Positions 28,722 to 37,569 of a DNA stretch of 64,000 nucleotides are shown here, in pieces. The stretch's first letter is position 1; every line of letters begins with the position of its first letter. Below the pieces are notes generated by a model, which was given only the letters and a program-made list of their open reading frames with translations, was not told the DNA's origin and did no database searches. The position numbers and the translations under genes are program-made. The DNA is from an uncultured Gammaproteobacteria bacterium (GTDB taxonomy: Bacteria; Patescibacteriota; Patescibacteriia; UBA11705; JABHMO01): contig CAZPYM010000002.1 of the NCBI GenBank assembly GCA_964590105.1, positions 90,697 to 154,696 on the forward strand, written 5' to 3'.

Positions 28722-29114
28722 TTATTCGTTTTCGTTATTTTTTTCTTTTTGGTCTTTCTCGATTTGTTCTGCCTCTGATTCTGCGGCCACAGTGGCAATT
28801 TCTTCTTCAAGAAGTTTTTGTATTTCCTGATCTCTTTTCATCCTGGAGGTTGGTTTTAATTTTAATTCCTGAATAAGTTTGGCAAAACTTTCCGGGTTGT
28901 CGATTTCAAGATAGCGGATCAAGCGTCTTCGTTCCCCCACTTTTTTCAATAGACCGCGTCTGGATGAATGGTCGTGCTTGTGGGCTTGGAGATGTTTGGT
29001 TAGCTCCTTGATTTCCTCGGTTAAAATGGCGATTTGCACTTCAGCTGACCCAGTGTCGGTCTCGTGTGTTTTGAATTTGCTGATGATTAATTGCTTTTTC
29101 TTTGGCGATAGCAT
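28722..29114 (-). CDS. rpsO: 30S ribosomal protein S15 with about 45-aa acidic/lysine-rich C-terminal extension
   Basis: MLSPKKKQLIISKFKTHETDTGSAEVQIAILTEEIKELTKHLQAHKHDHSSRRGLLKKVGERRRLIRYL is classic S15. Start placed at ATG (cat 29112-29114); the ORF-track start is a GTG six codons upstream. Confidence 0.9.
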   Translation of the reverse strand: MLSPKKKQLIISKFKTHETDTGSAEVQIAILTEEIKELTKHLQAHKHDHSSRRGLLKKVGERRRLIRYLEIDNPESFAKLIQELKLKPTSRMKRDQEIQKLLEEEIATVAAESEAEQIEKDQKEKNNENE

Positions 29115-29354
29115 AATTTTGGCGCTTTCCACCGCTCGGCCGAGTATTCTATGAATATTCAGTAGCCGGAGCCGCAGAGGCGGGTGATTTATTTACTGAA
29201 TTTATATTATCACAAGTGGATAGATTTGGCAATAGTGACTGGTACGACTTGCGTTTTTGACTTTAGTGTCGTACAATATTGTCGGATAGATAGCGAGATC
29301 GTTTTTGTAAAAATGAAATATTAGGTCAATTTATTTTGCACCAAATTATTAGAT

Positions 29355-30227
29355 ATGTCGTCAGTAAATAAACTTATAACTGAATTTCTTTTTGACTTGA
29401 GAAAAAGAAAAAGAACCGAGCGCACGGCGCGCAACTATGATTTGTATTTACGCAGATTTTCAGGCTGGCTTGAGCAAAAGCAGATAGAAAACATGGGGCA
29501 AGTAACGCCGGAACTTATTGCCAAGTATAAAATTTGGCTAAAAAAAATAAAAAACCCGATAAAGAAAATTTATTTGAAAGAAAATACTCAGAATTATCAT
29601 TTGATTGCGCTAAGGGAGTTTATCAAGTATTTGGGAAAGAAAAAAATTTTGTCAATTACCAACCCGAAAATCAAATTGCCAAAAACCCTGAAAGTTAAGG
29701 CCGGCTTTCTCAGTAAAGAAGATGTTCAACTTTTATTGGAATCGCCAATGAAAATTTCACAACCCAGATTGATTCAGCTTCGCGATAGAGCGATATTGGA
29801 ATTGTTTTATTCTACCGGAATTCGAGTTTCTGAGGAGGCAAGCCTGCAGGTTAGCGATATAAATTTTCAAAAACAAGAAATTCTTGTTTGTTCCGGGCAG
29901 AAGAAAGAACGCAGAATTAAATTTTCCAATCAAGCCAAGCATTGGCTGGTTCAATATTTGGAAAGAAGAAAAAATAAAAGTAAATATGTTTTTGTGAGTC
30001 ACGACCGAGCAAAAGCAACAAGAGAAGATGCCGGGCTTAGCGCCAGAAGTTTAGAAAGAATAGTTGAAAAATATGCTAGAGGCGCCGGTATTGACAAAAA
30101 AGTCACTCCGCAGATGCTTCGTCATACATATGCATTTCTTTTGGTCGAAAGAACAGCTGATCCGCGGTCAGTTAAACAAAAACTCGGTCACCTTTCTCTA
30201 AATTCAGCGATGAGATACTTTGATTAA
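29355..30227 (+). CDS. xerC: Tyrosine site-specific recombinase XerC/XerD family
   Basis: N-terminal SAM-like core-binding domain. Catalytic domain with R...HxxR (LRHTYAFLL) and C-terminal LGHLSLNSAMRY containing the catalytic Tyr. Confidence 0.85.
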   Translation: MSSVNKLITEFLFDLRKRKRTERTARNYDLYLRRFSGWLEQKQIENMGQVTPELIAKYKIWLKKIKNPIKKIYLKENTQNYHLIALREFIKYLGKKKILSITNPKIKLPKTLKVKAGFLSKEDVQLLLESPMKISQPRLIQLRDRAILELFYSTGIRVSEEASLQVSDINFQKQEILVCSGQKKERRIKFSNQAKHWLVQYLERRKNKSKYVFVSHDRAKATREDAGLSARSLERIVEKYARGAGIDKKVTPQMLRHTYAFLLVERTADPRSVKQKLGHLSLNSAMRYFD

Positions 30228-30540
30228 TCGTTTTTTTCGTGCTCGTTTCACTCGGTCGGAAACAGGGGGCGAAAGTTAATTGTTCCAAGTGTTGTAATCC
30301 GAACTTCGTGTATTATTGAAAAAAACTATTGTTTATGTTAGCATTACGGCGCCCTTTTACCTTTGCTCGTCCGAGCAAAGGTATTGTTCCTATCCTGCAA
30401 TTGCACATTACGCCTTATTACCCACTATTCGGTTGGAGCACTCACCACGAGTGCTCGCTATTTTTTTACTTTTAACGCATTTAAATAGGACCCTTTTGCT
30501 ATAAATATTGATTTAGTTTATGTTTTTAGATATGAATTGA

Positions 30541-30568
30541 TTGACTATATATAGTAATCTGCTATAAT
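30541..30568 (+). promoter_or_regulatory. Strong sigma70-type promoter for tRNA-Arg (TTGACT, 16 nt, TGcTATAAT extended -10)
   Basis: ttgactatatatagtaatctgctataat; the tRNA starts 22 nt downstream. Confidence 0.55.
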
Positions 30569-30589
30569 TTTTTCAGAAAACGCACATAC

Positions 30590-30664
30590 GTCCCTATAGT
30601 TCAGTGGATAGAACACCAGCCTTCTAAGCTGGATACGCAGGTTCGATTCCTGCTGGGGACACCA
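30590..30664 (+). tRNA. tRNA-Arg (anticodon TCT)
   Basis: gtccctatagttcagtggatagaacaccagccttCTaagctggatacgcaggttcgattcctgctggggacacca. Anticodon loop cTTCTAa, so TCT. Confidence 0.85.
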
Positions 30665-30962
30665 TTTCGTTGGTAGTAGAAAGTGAAGAAGGGTTTACGG
30701 GATGTAATTGTAATATTAATTTAATATGACGCAGGTAAGACAGGGTGGATTCAGAATTTAAGTTGTTTAGCAATTAACCCAATTTAATATGAATAAAAAA
30801 AGAAAAGTTGCCATTAAGAAACAGCAAAAAAAGCAGGGAAAAGATGTACGATGCAGGTATAGATAATTTGCTGAAACGCTTGTAATATCAATTTATAATA
30901 ATATTTTACGACACTTTTTTGGTATTAATTTTATTATAATTATTGTTTTATCATGGCATTAA

Positions 30963-30984
30963 TAGGGCTAAATGTTCCACGTGG
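30963..30984. promoter_or_regulatory. Perfect 22-bp palindrome AAATGTTCCACGTGGAACATTT, copy 1
   Basis: Read directly; identical core at 31635-31656. Confidence 0.5.
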
Positions 30985-31062
30985 AACATTTTTATAATCT
31001 GATTCATGCGGGCTGAATTCGTTCAGCGAGTTCATTACCTAACTTACTTAATTTCTTTGCGT

Positions 31063-31137
31063 GCTCCCGTAGTTCAGTGGATAGAACAAGACACTCCTAA
31101 CGTCTAGACGCAGGTTCGATTCCTGCCGGGGGCACCA
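31063..31137 (+). tRNA. tRNA-Arg (anticodon CCT)
   Basis: gctcccgtagttcagtggatagaacaagacactCCTaacgtctagacgcaggttcgattcctgccgggggcacca. One A:C mismatch in the anticodon stem; otherwise a close paralogue of the tRNA at 30590. Confidence 0.75.
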
Positions 31138-31634
31138 TGAATCACTTGCCCCTTTGGGACTCGGGTTCATGGCAAGCCATGAATATTAGAATATCTGTGG
31201 ATCTCGGGTTCATTCTTCCCGTGCACTTGAACACAGAAAGCAGTACATGGGCAACGGCGTTGATTGTGAAATGAATTTGGAAGCTGTTATCTTTGAGTAA
31301 ACAATACTAATTTGAAGTTAGTATTTTTTGTTTGCTAAAGCAATGTACAAATATCAAGAATCAATGATAAATGGTAATATTGCTCGTATTGCTGGACGGA
31401 TTTTATGAATAATGCAGGATTTGCTCGAATATTAAATAGCCCAATATTTTATAAAACACCAAAAACTGTGGAAAACATGGTGATAACTGTTGATTTTTGG
31501 GCTATTTGTACACACTAGTGTAGCCAAGTGGGGGGGCTTGGGTTTAGTAAATTGGAAATTCGGAATTGGGGTTGATGGGAAATTTAGTAATATTGATAGC
31601 TCAAAAAAAAACTAAAGAAGATTTGCTGGTAAAA

Positions 31635-31656
31635 AGAAAAAAATGTTCCACGTGGA
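31635..31656. promoter_or_regulatory. Perfect 22-bp palindrome AAATGTTCCACGTGGAACATTT, copy 2
   Basis: Read directly; about 80 bp upstream of the start of the TrmB-family regulator gene (minus strand). Confidence 0.5.
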
Positions 31657-31736
31657 ACATTTGTACAAACATTCAGAAGGACATTTGATTTTGTTAGTCA
31701 TTTTATATGAATATATGAGTCGCAAAATAATAATTA

Positions 31737-32498
31737 TTAGTATTTCAATGTTTTAGCTGATTTCCATGCTTGTTCGAAAAGTGTTTTATGTGTTTCAGCC
31801 AAATCCTTGTTTTCAATAATGATCACGTAATATTTGTTTTTGTTATAAGGCAGGAAGGCAATTTTATTGCCAAAAATAATATTATCACCGCGACCGCAAC
31901 CAAATTTTTTGTTAAAAAAGCGAATTGTATGATTAGGGTTTTTAATTTTTGTAACAACATTGGCGTATTTTACGTTTGCTTCATCAAGGGGGAGGAGCTC
32001 GCGGGTTTTTACGTCGGGATTTTTTAAAGTGTCTTTATATTCTTCGAATATATCTGAATAAAGATCTACAGGTTCAATAATTGAACCATAAAAAACAGCT
32101 TCTTGGCCGGTTTTCAGAAAATTAAGAACCTCGCGGTAAACCTGCACCACCCCATCCTTTCCTTCAAAAAATTGAACTTCCGGTTTGTTAGGCTGTTGGT
32201 TATATATCGCCATCAAGTTTGGAATAGCCTTTTCTAGGTTCTTCTCTCGCTGCTTTAATTGGGTCAATAGATTCTTTGGTGAAGCGGCGCTATATAGCGT
32301 GGCTTTTTTTGTTTTGCGAAAACTGACAAGTCCGCGTTCTGCTAGGGTTTGAAGGATTACATAGGTTGTCGGGCGTTTAACTCGGGCAATTGTTGAAATA
32401 TTAAAAACCGTGTCTTCGCCCAACTGAAGACAAGTAAGGTAAATGGCGGACTGTTTTTGATCAAAGCCAATTGATTTTAGTGTTTGTGAGAGTTCCAT
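31737..32498 (-). CDS. TrmB-family transcriptional regulator (N-terminal winged HTH plus C-terminal sensor domain)
   Basis: MELSQTLKSIGFDQKQSAIYLTCLQLGEDTVFNISTIARVKRPTTYVILQTLAERGLV is a TrmB-type wHTH. Confidence 0.65.
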   Translation of the reverse strand: MELSQTLKSIGFDQKQSAIYLTCLQLGEDTVFNISTIARVKRPTTYVILQTLAERGLVSFRKTKKATLYSAASPKNLLTQLKQREKNLEKAIPNLMAIYNQQPNKPEVQFFEGKDGVVQVYREVLNFLKTGQEAVFYGSIIEPVDLYSDIFEEYKDTLKNPDVKTRELLPLDEANVKYANVVTKIKNPNHTIRFFNKKFGCGRGDNIIFGNKIAFLPYNKNKYYVIIIENKDLAETHKTLFEQAWKSAKTLKY

Positions 32499-32908
32499 GG
32501 TTGAGGTCTGTCATGCTTTAAGGTTTTTGCGTATTCTCGCAAACACACCTCAGCGCGACAGGCAATAAGCCGTCACCCACCACGACGAGGCGTTTTATTA
32601 GAATACATAAAACCTCGGACTGGGACAGGGTGGGGGCAAGTAAAGTATAACAAACGTTTATTTCACTGTCAATATTTCTGACAACAGTTGCTAATAACTT
32701 GCGTTTTGTTATATAAAATTAGTCAAATAACCTTATATAATGATTGACAGTAGATTTGCTATGTGCTATAATTCCGTGTTAGTTAAGGTTGGGAATTGTT
32801 CATTTAACTTTCAGTGGAGGGAAGCAGTGAAAAGATTTAACGACGATGATTTTAGCAATTTTATGTGTTGGGAAATGTTCGTTGATAATTTAATCATGGA
32901 GGAATGAA

Positions 32909-33442
32909 ATGGAAATTGCGAAAAAGATTGTCAACGGAAAATTTGAAAGTGCGTACAGGTATTTTATGAATAGACATAAGGGATGCTCTTCGTTAATGAT
33001 TGTTTTTTCTTCTTTTTTATCCCTTTGTCTTAGCGTCTGGACAGTGTTTGGTATTGTCGGCGGAACGGAAAACGAGCTTCAATGTTGCGTTGGTTTTTTT
33101 CTGTCGGGGTTTATGTTTTATGTTTGTCTGCGCCACAGTTTGATTGACGTAAATTCTGTAATTGTGCCGAAGATTTTGCTGAACGAGGTAACAATGTTTT
33201 GTATAGAGAATAAGCAGCTTTCTGTAGTTTTGTCATTGAGAAATAAAACAGAAAAAAGTGATGATGATTGCCTTGAATTGGATCAGCGACTAAATGCTTG
33301 CCAGATTTATCTTCAAAACAAGCGTTATGTAAATTTGGAAAAGAATAGGATTGAGAGATTAAAAAAATTAATTGCCTGCAAGGAAAAAGAAATTAATGAA
33401 TTTGAAAACGAATTTGGGCTTGGAGGTGATGATAATGCCTGA
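32909..33442 (+). CDS. Hypothetical membrane protein with C-terminal coiled-coil
   Basis: Two TM helices (LMIVFSSFLSLCLSVWTVFGIV; CVGFFLSGFMFYVCL), then a helical K/E-rich segment. No family recognised. Confidence 0.4.
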   Translation: MEIAKKIVNGKFESAYRYFMNRHKGCSSLMIVFSSFLSLCLSVWTVFGIVGGTENELQCCVGFFLSGFMFYVCLRHSLIDVNSVIVPKILLNEVTMFCIENKQLSVVLSLRNKTEKSDDDCLELDQRLNACQIYLQNKRYVNLEKNRIERLKKLIACKEKEINEFENEFGLGGDDNA

Positions 33443-33929
33443 AAAAATCAGACCGATAAAATGGAAATGCAGTTGTTGCCAGCGAGTATATTCAGAAAAG
33501 AATTCAGCGATTGAATGTGAAAAAAGGGATGCATGGTTGATGAGAGTGAAGATTGCCCTGGATCAACATCTGCCAGCTAAAGCAATTTTTTGGCGTGGTG
33601 ATCGCGCAGGCGAATATACGGTCGTAACTTCGGAGCCGAAGTGCATTATGAAAGATTGTTTTCCTCAGAGTGATTGGCAAAACAAACCATTAGAACATTG
33701 GATCCGTTTGACCTTTGTTTTGTATCGCAATCGGGATGTTGGCAAAAAAGGTCGTGGGTTACCGCTCGAATGGGGTCATTCCGAACATTTGGAATTTAGA
33801 ATGTTTGACCCGGCTGTTTTTGAAAAGATCAAGGAAATTATGCGCGGAGAAATTGAAATTTGTGTTGTGTGGCCGAGCGCCGCAGAATTCTATAATGATT
33901 CCGAGCAGTTTGTAATAAAACGGAAGTAG
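33435..33929 (+). CDS. Hypothetical protein with N-terminal CxxC...C zinc-ribbon-like motif
   Basis: RBS ggaggtg upstream of ATGATAATG. KWKCSCCQRVYSEKNSAIECEK. Overlaps the upstream ORF, so probably co-transcribed. Confidence 0.4.
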   Translation: MPEKIRPIKWKCSCCQRVYSEKNSAIECEKRDAWLMRVKIALDQHLPAKAIFWRGDRAGEYTVVTSEPKCIMKDCFPQSDWQNKPLEHWIRLTFVLYRNRDVGKKGRGLPLEWGHSEHLEFRMFDPAVFEKIKEIMRGEIEICVVWPSAAEFYNDSEQFVIKRK

Positions 33930-33935
33930 AGTAGA

Positions 33936-33974
33936 AAATTCCCACCTTGAGCATATTCAAGGTGGGAATTTTAT
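33936..33974. terminator. Bidirectional rho-independent terminator between convergent genes
   Basis: aaaattcccaccttgagcatattcaaggtgggaatttta. Confidence 0.6.
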
Positions 33975-34196
33975 TTAGACGTTTATCTCGATTATTTTAT
34001 TTTTTTTACTTAGGCCAGATTTAACCGCAATTAATGACTTTGGTATTTTTAAGTATTCGCTTAAAAGATTAACTAGCGCCTTATTGGCTTTTCCTTTTTC
34101 CGGCGCGGCCGTTGTTCTCACATGAAAAAATTTAGATTTAAGTTGAATAACCTCATTGCGGGAGGCTTTGGTTGAGACTTTGACGTTAATTAGCAT
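33975..34196 (-). CDS. DUF167/YggU (UPF0235) family protein
   Basis: 73 aa. MLINVKVSTKASRNEVI...VRTTAAPEKGKANKALVNLLSEYLKIPKS...IEI matches the YggU family pattern. Confidence 0.7.
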   Translation of the reverse strand: MLINVKVSTKASRNEVIQLKSKFFHVRTTAAPEKGKANKALVNLLSEYLKIPKSLIAVKSGLSKKNKIIEINV

Positions 34197-34283
34197 AATT
34201 TGATTTGAATAGGGGATATGGGTAGTGAATTCCTATAAATTGTAGCACAAATAAAAAAAGGGGAACATTGTTCCCCCAGCAGA

Positions 34284-34724
34284 CTATTTTTTGATTTTCC
34301 ATTGGGTAACTTGTTTAATCAACATCTTAACATCGCCCGGGCCATAGGGTAGGGTCAATTGGGCGGAGGGGATTTTGTTCGCGTATTGATCTAGCAAGGT
34401 CGGGGCAAATACCAACAGTTGGTAAGAGTCCGAATCCTTTAGGATTTCAGCACGGTGATCCACAAGACAAAGCCGTGGCGACGTTATTCTGCCAATGCAG
34501 GCCAGCGCCGTAATTTCGTTGTCGGGATACTGTTTCAAATCGTTTCTCACGTTGAGAATCAGCATTCCGTGTAAGTTGTCTATTGATTCAATCTCCAGCA
34601 AAATTTCATCTGAATTGGCGACGGGGGCCGGCGGGATGTTTTTTTCGACTGGAGTTGATTTGACTTTCTGCTGACATGCAATTGAAATCAAGCAACTGCA
34701 GATCATTAGTGCCGCATTTCTCAT
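34284..34724 (-). CDS. Hypothetical lipoprotein
   Basis: Signal peptide with lipobox-like LISIAC. Confidence 0.4.
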   Translation of the reverse strand: MRNAALMICSCLISIACQQKVKSTPVEKNIPPAPVANSDEILLEIESIDNLHGMLILNVRNDLKQYPDNEITALACIGRITSPRLCLVDHRAEILKDSDSYQLLVFAPTLLDQYANKIPSAQLTLPYGPGDVKMLIKQVTQWKIKK

Positions 34725-34814
34725 GTGCTCCCTCCACGAATGAACAAAAGCAATAAGCTATAAGTTAGCATTTAAAAATAAATTTGTCAACGTCAAATGT
34801 CAGTTCAAATAAAA

Positions 34815-35420
34815 TTATTCAAACATGGACACATCTCCTTTTCCCCCACGAAGCACAATCGGTTCGTCGCCAGATAGATCAATTACTGATGAAGCTTCGT
34901 TTTTTAGAACGCCGGCGTCAATAATTAAATCAACCTTGTCGCCAAACTGTTTTTCAATTTCCAGTGGATCGGAAAAATTTGGTTCTTGCGTAATGTTCAC
35001 GCTGGTGCTGACGATCGGATTGCCAAGGGCTTTGATCAGTTGCAAACAAACTGAATTATTGGGAATGCGGATTGCCACTGTTTTTTTGTTTGGGATTAAT
35101 TCATTTGGAACAAGTTTGGTTGCTTTGAAAATAAAGGTGTAGGGACCAGGTAAAAGCCGTTTCATTGTTTTGTAAGCATAATCTGAAACAATGGCGTATT
35201 TGGATATTTCAGTTAAATCAGCGCAAATAAAACTAAAGCCAGTTGCTTTCTTTTTTTTAATTTTATAAATTCTCTCAACGGCTTGCTTGCAATATATATC
35301 GCAACCAAAGCCGTAAATCGTGTCGGTAGGGTAAACAATAACGCCGCAGTTTTTTAGAATATCCACGGCTTGTTTGATTTTTGGATATTCCGGGGTTTGA
35401 TTGTTGATTTCTATTAACAT
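34815..35420 (-). CDS. tsaC: L-threonylcarbamoyladenylate synthase (YrdC/TsaC)
   Basis: GVIVYPTDTIYGFGCD and the rest of the YrdC fold; 201 aa. Confidence 0.9.
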   Translation of the reverse strand: MLIEINNQTPEYPKIKQAVDILKNCGVIVYPTDTIYGFGCDIYCKQAVERIYKIKKKKATGFSFICADLTEISKYAIVSDYAYKTMKRLLPGPYTFIFKATKLVPNELIPNKKTVAIRIPNNSVCLQLIKALGNPIVSTSVNITQEPNFSDPLEIEKQFGDKVDLIIDAGVLKNEASSVIDLSGDEPIVLRGGKGDVSMFE

Positions 35421-35556
35421 AGGGTTACAGATGTACAGATCTGAATACAGATTATACAGATTTAAGTAAAATTAGTGAAAAGATGGCTAATATAATTGAC
35501 AGTAGATTAAATATATGATATAATCCTTTTTGTTATTAATTTCAATGGGGGGTCTA

Positions 35557-35922
35557 ATGAAAAAGCGGTCATTGTTCTTTCGTCTGAAGTGGGGGAGAGT
35601 TCTGCTGATTTTGTTGGTTCCACTCTATGTGATGGGCGCGTCTGCGAATGCCAGAAGAACTGCTGCTGAACTTACTTCGGTTGCGGAGGCGTTCATGAGC
35701 GTTTCCGCCTATTGCAAGGCGGAAACAGAAGACAGCACTGAAAGGATCATGACCGTGCTCGACTGTGGCGGGGCCTATGATCCGCTAGTCCGCGAACGGG
35801 ACGAGATCGCGCACTCGCGCGGTTGCTGGAACGCGGCTAGCTGGAAGGTCTGGCAACAAGGACGTGACATGGTCAAAAGCACACCGATTGAGGTGTGGTG
35901 CCTCTCACCCTGGCCATTCTGA
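35557..35922 (+). CDS. Secreted small Cys-containing hypothetical protein (G+C-rich gene)
   Basis: MKKRSLFFRLKWGRVLLILLVPLYVMGASA signal peptide, then a Cys-containing domain. Codon usage visibly GC-rich compared with neighbours. Confidence 0.4.
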   Translation: MKKRSLFFRLKWGRVLLILLVPLYVMGASANARRTAAELTSVAEAFMSVSAYCKAETEDSTERIMTVLDCGGAYDPLVRERDEIAHSRGCWNAASWKVWQQGRDMVKSTPIEVWCLSPWPF

Positions 35923-36088
35923 AATCTCTCCTGGCCGGTTCAGGCCAAACCAATTCAAATGTTTTGTAAGACTCTCGCCCGTCTCACCGCGCGGGAGTTT
36001 TTGTTTTTTGGAAATTAGAAACTTGAAATTAGAAATTGGGGTAGCTGGCAATAATTTAACCTTCATCGTCTAACCCTAGTTTCCAGTT

Positions 36089-36598
36089 TCAAATTTCCAG
36101 TTTCTCCAGCAGTTTTAACTCTAGCTTCTTATCTTTGGTATCATAAATAGCAAAGCTTGCCCGGTAGAACATGCCGGCCAGGTTGCCGGGGTTAATAACA
36201 TTCGAATTATTAATTTTTTCTTGCCATGGCTTGTGGTTGTGTCCGTAAAAAACAAGATGGTATTTCCCTGAATTAGCCAAGCGTTTTGCTTTTACCTTTT
36301 CATGGCAGGCGGCTATTTTTATGTTATCGAAATCCAAATCGAGAAAGGGGACTGGGCCGTATTTTATCTTTTGAAAACGATTTGTCCTTTTTTGTTTTTG
36401 TTGTTTGCTTATATCAGCGTTGCCTTCAACAAAATATATTTTGCCTTGAAAATTGTTTATAAAAAAAGTTTTTGTTTCATCCTCGGTTACGTCGCCGCAG
36501 TGGATTATAGTATCAATTTTCCGTTCATGGCAATAAGACAGAAATTTGGAAATGTTTGTTAAATTGTCGTGGGAGTCAGAACAGATGGCGAAGAGCAT
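36089..36598 (-). CDS. Calcineurin-like metallophosphoesterase (YfcE-like)
   Basis: MLFAICSDSHDN (DxH), HCGD, GNAD and GHNH motifs of the MPP superfamily. Confidence 0.65.
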   Translation of the reverse strand: MLFAICSDSHDNLTNISKFLSYCHERKIDTIIHCGDVTEDETKTFFINNFQGKIYFVEGNADISKQQKQKRTNRFQKIKYGPVPFLDLDFDNIKIAACHEKVKAKRLANSGKYHLVFYGHNHKPWQEKINNSNVINPGNLAGMFYRASFAIYDTKDKKLELKLLEKLEI

Positions 36599-36874
36599 AT
36601 TTATGAAAGGTGAGAAGTAAAAAAGCAAGAAAATAAAAAATCAATGAAACAACAAAGCAAAAATAAAATACAAAATTAATTAATAAAACAAAAAATAATA
36701 AAATAATTGGATTAAACTTTTTGCCATTAACTCTAATTTCTAGTTTCCGGTTTCAAGCTCCATTTGTCTTTCTGCTTAGATTATTGCATCTTTCCTAATT
36801 TTGCGCAAATGCTTGACATTTTTTTTGTGGCTGTTATAATGAGGTGTTCTTTGAAAACAGCGGAAGGAGGTGGC

Positions 36875-37240
36875 ATGGAACCAGGAATGAAGATCCTTTT
36901 TGTTGATGATTTAAATATGGCGCTCAGAACGTATCAGCTGATGTGTGCCTCAATTGATGGTGTTCGAACTGACGTTGCCTCGAGTGGGCAAGAGGCACTC
37001 GAATTGCTGGAGCAGAATAACTATGACATTTTGTTCACGGACTACAATATGCCGGGAATGAATGGCGTAGCGCTGATTCGACACGCCCGCGCGCTTGGCC
37101 GCGAGATGAAGATTGTCATGATTTCAGCAACTCCGCCGGACGACCATGGGGCGGATGATGTGCTTGAGAAACCAGTGGGAAAAGGATTGAAGCAATTCAT
37201 TCTGGCCCACCTTCAACAGAGGAAGAAGGTGCAAAAATAA
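36875..37240 (+). CDS. Stand-alone response-regulator receiver (CheY-like REC) domain protein
   Basis: RBS aggagg precedes ATG 36875. KILFVDD, phospho-acceptor FTDYNMPGMNG, MISA and LEKP are the REC signatures. No output domain. Moderately G+C-rich. Confidence 0.8.
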   Translation: MEPGMKILFVDDLNMALRTYQLMCASIDGVRTDVASSGQEALELLEQNNYDILFTDYNMPGMNGVALIRHARALGREMKIVMISATPPDDHGADDVLEKPVGKGLKQFILAHLQQRKKVQK

Positions 37241-37519
37241 GCATGGGGAAAGTATTGAAATCCCGTTCGAACATTCGGACGGTTTTTTATTCCGACCACG
37301 CCGCCAGCGTTCAGGGTTGGTTCCAGCTTGTGTTGATCGCGCAAATCGTTAAATTATAAAATTTTGGTAATAAATAATCAATAAACTTGGCGCGGTTTAA
37401 TTGACGTTCAAGCCGGCACTCATTTGGAAAATTGCGCAAATCAATTTTCATTGTGCGCTCTTTGTCGCCGCTTGGCGAGCAAAACGTTATCCCTGTTCGT
37501 TAAAAAAATTGCCTAATAA

Positions 37520-37555
37520 AAAATTCCTAGATAAAAACAAGGAATTTTTTGTTGG
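37520..37555 (-). terminator. Rho-independent terminator (minus strand)
   Basis: Minus-strand reading aaaaattccttgtttttatctaggaatttttt. Confidence 0.5.
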
Positions 37556-37569
37556 AACTGGTCGACGTT

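Noticed and set aside
29355-30227. Tyrosine recombinase as evidence of an integrated prophage or island
   Set aside because: Domain order and conserved residues fit the housekeeping XerC/XerD chromosome-dimer resolvase, which reduced genomes retain as a single copy. Apart from the palindromes, no phage genes or att-like tRNA 3'-end duplication were found adjacent. Left as the weaker alternative to the regulatory-operator interpretation in the tRNA-Arg locus finding.
30316-30504. 62-aa ORF in the hairpin-rich region after xerC
   Set aside because: No RBS; it is composed of inverted-repeat sequence and is more likely RNA structure or a terminator than protein.
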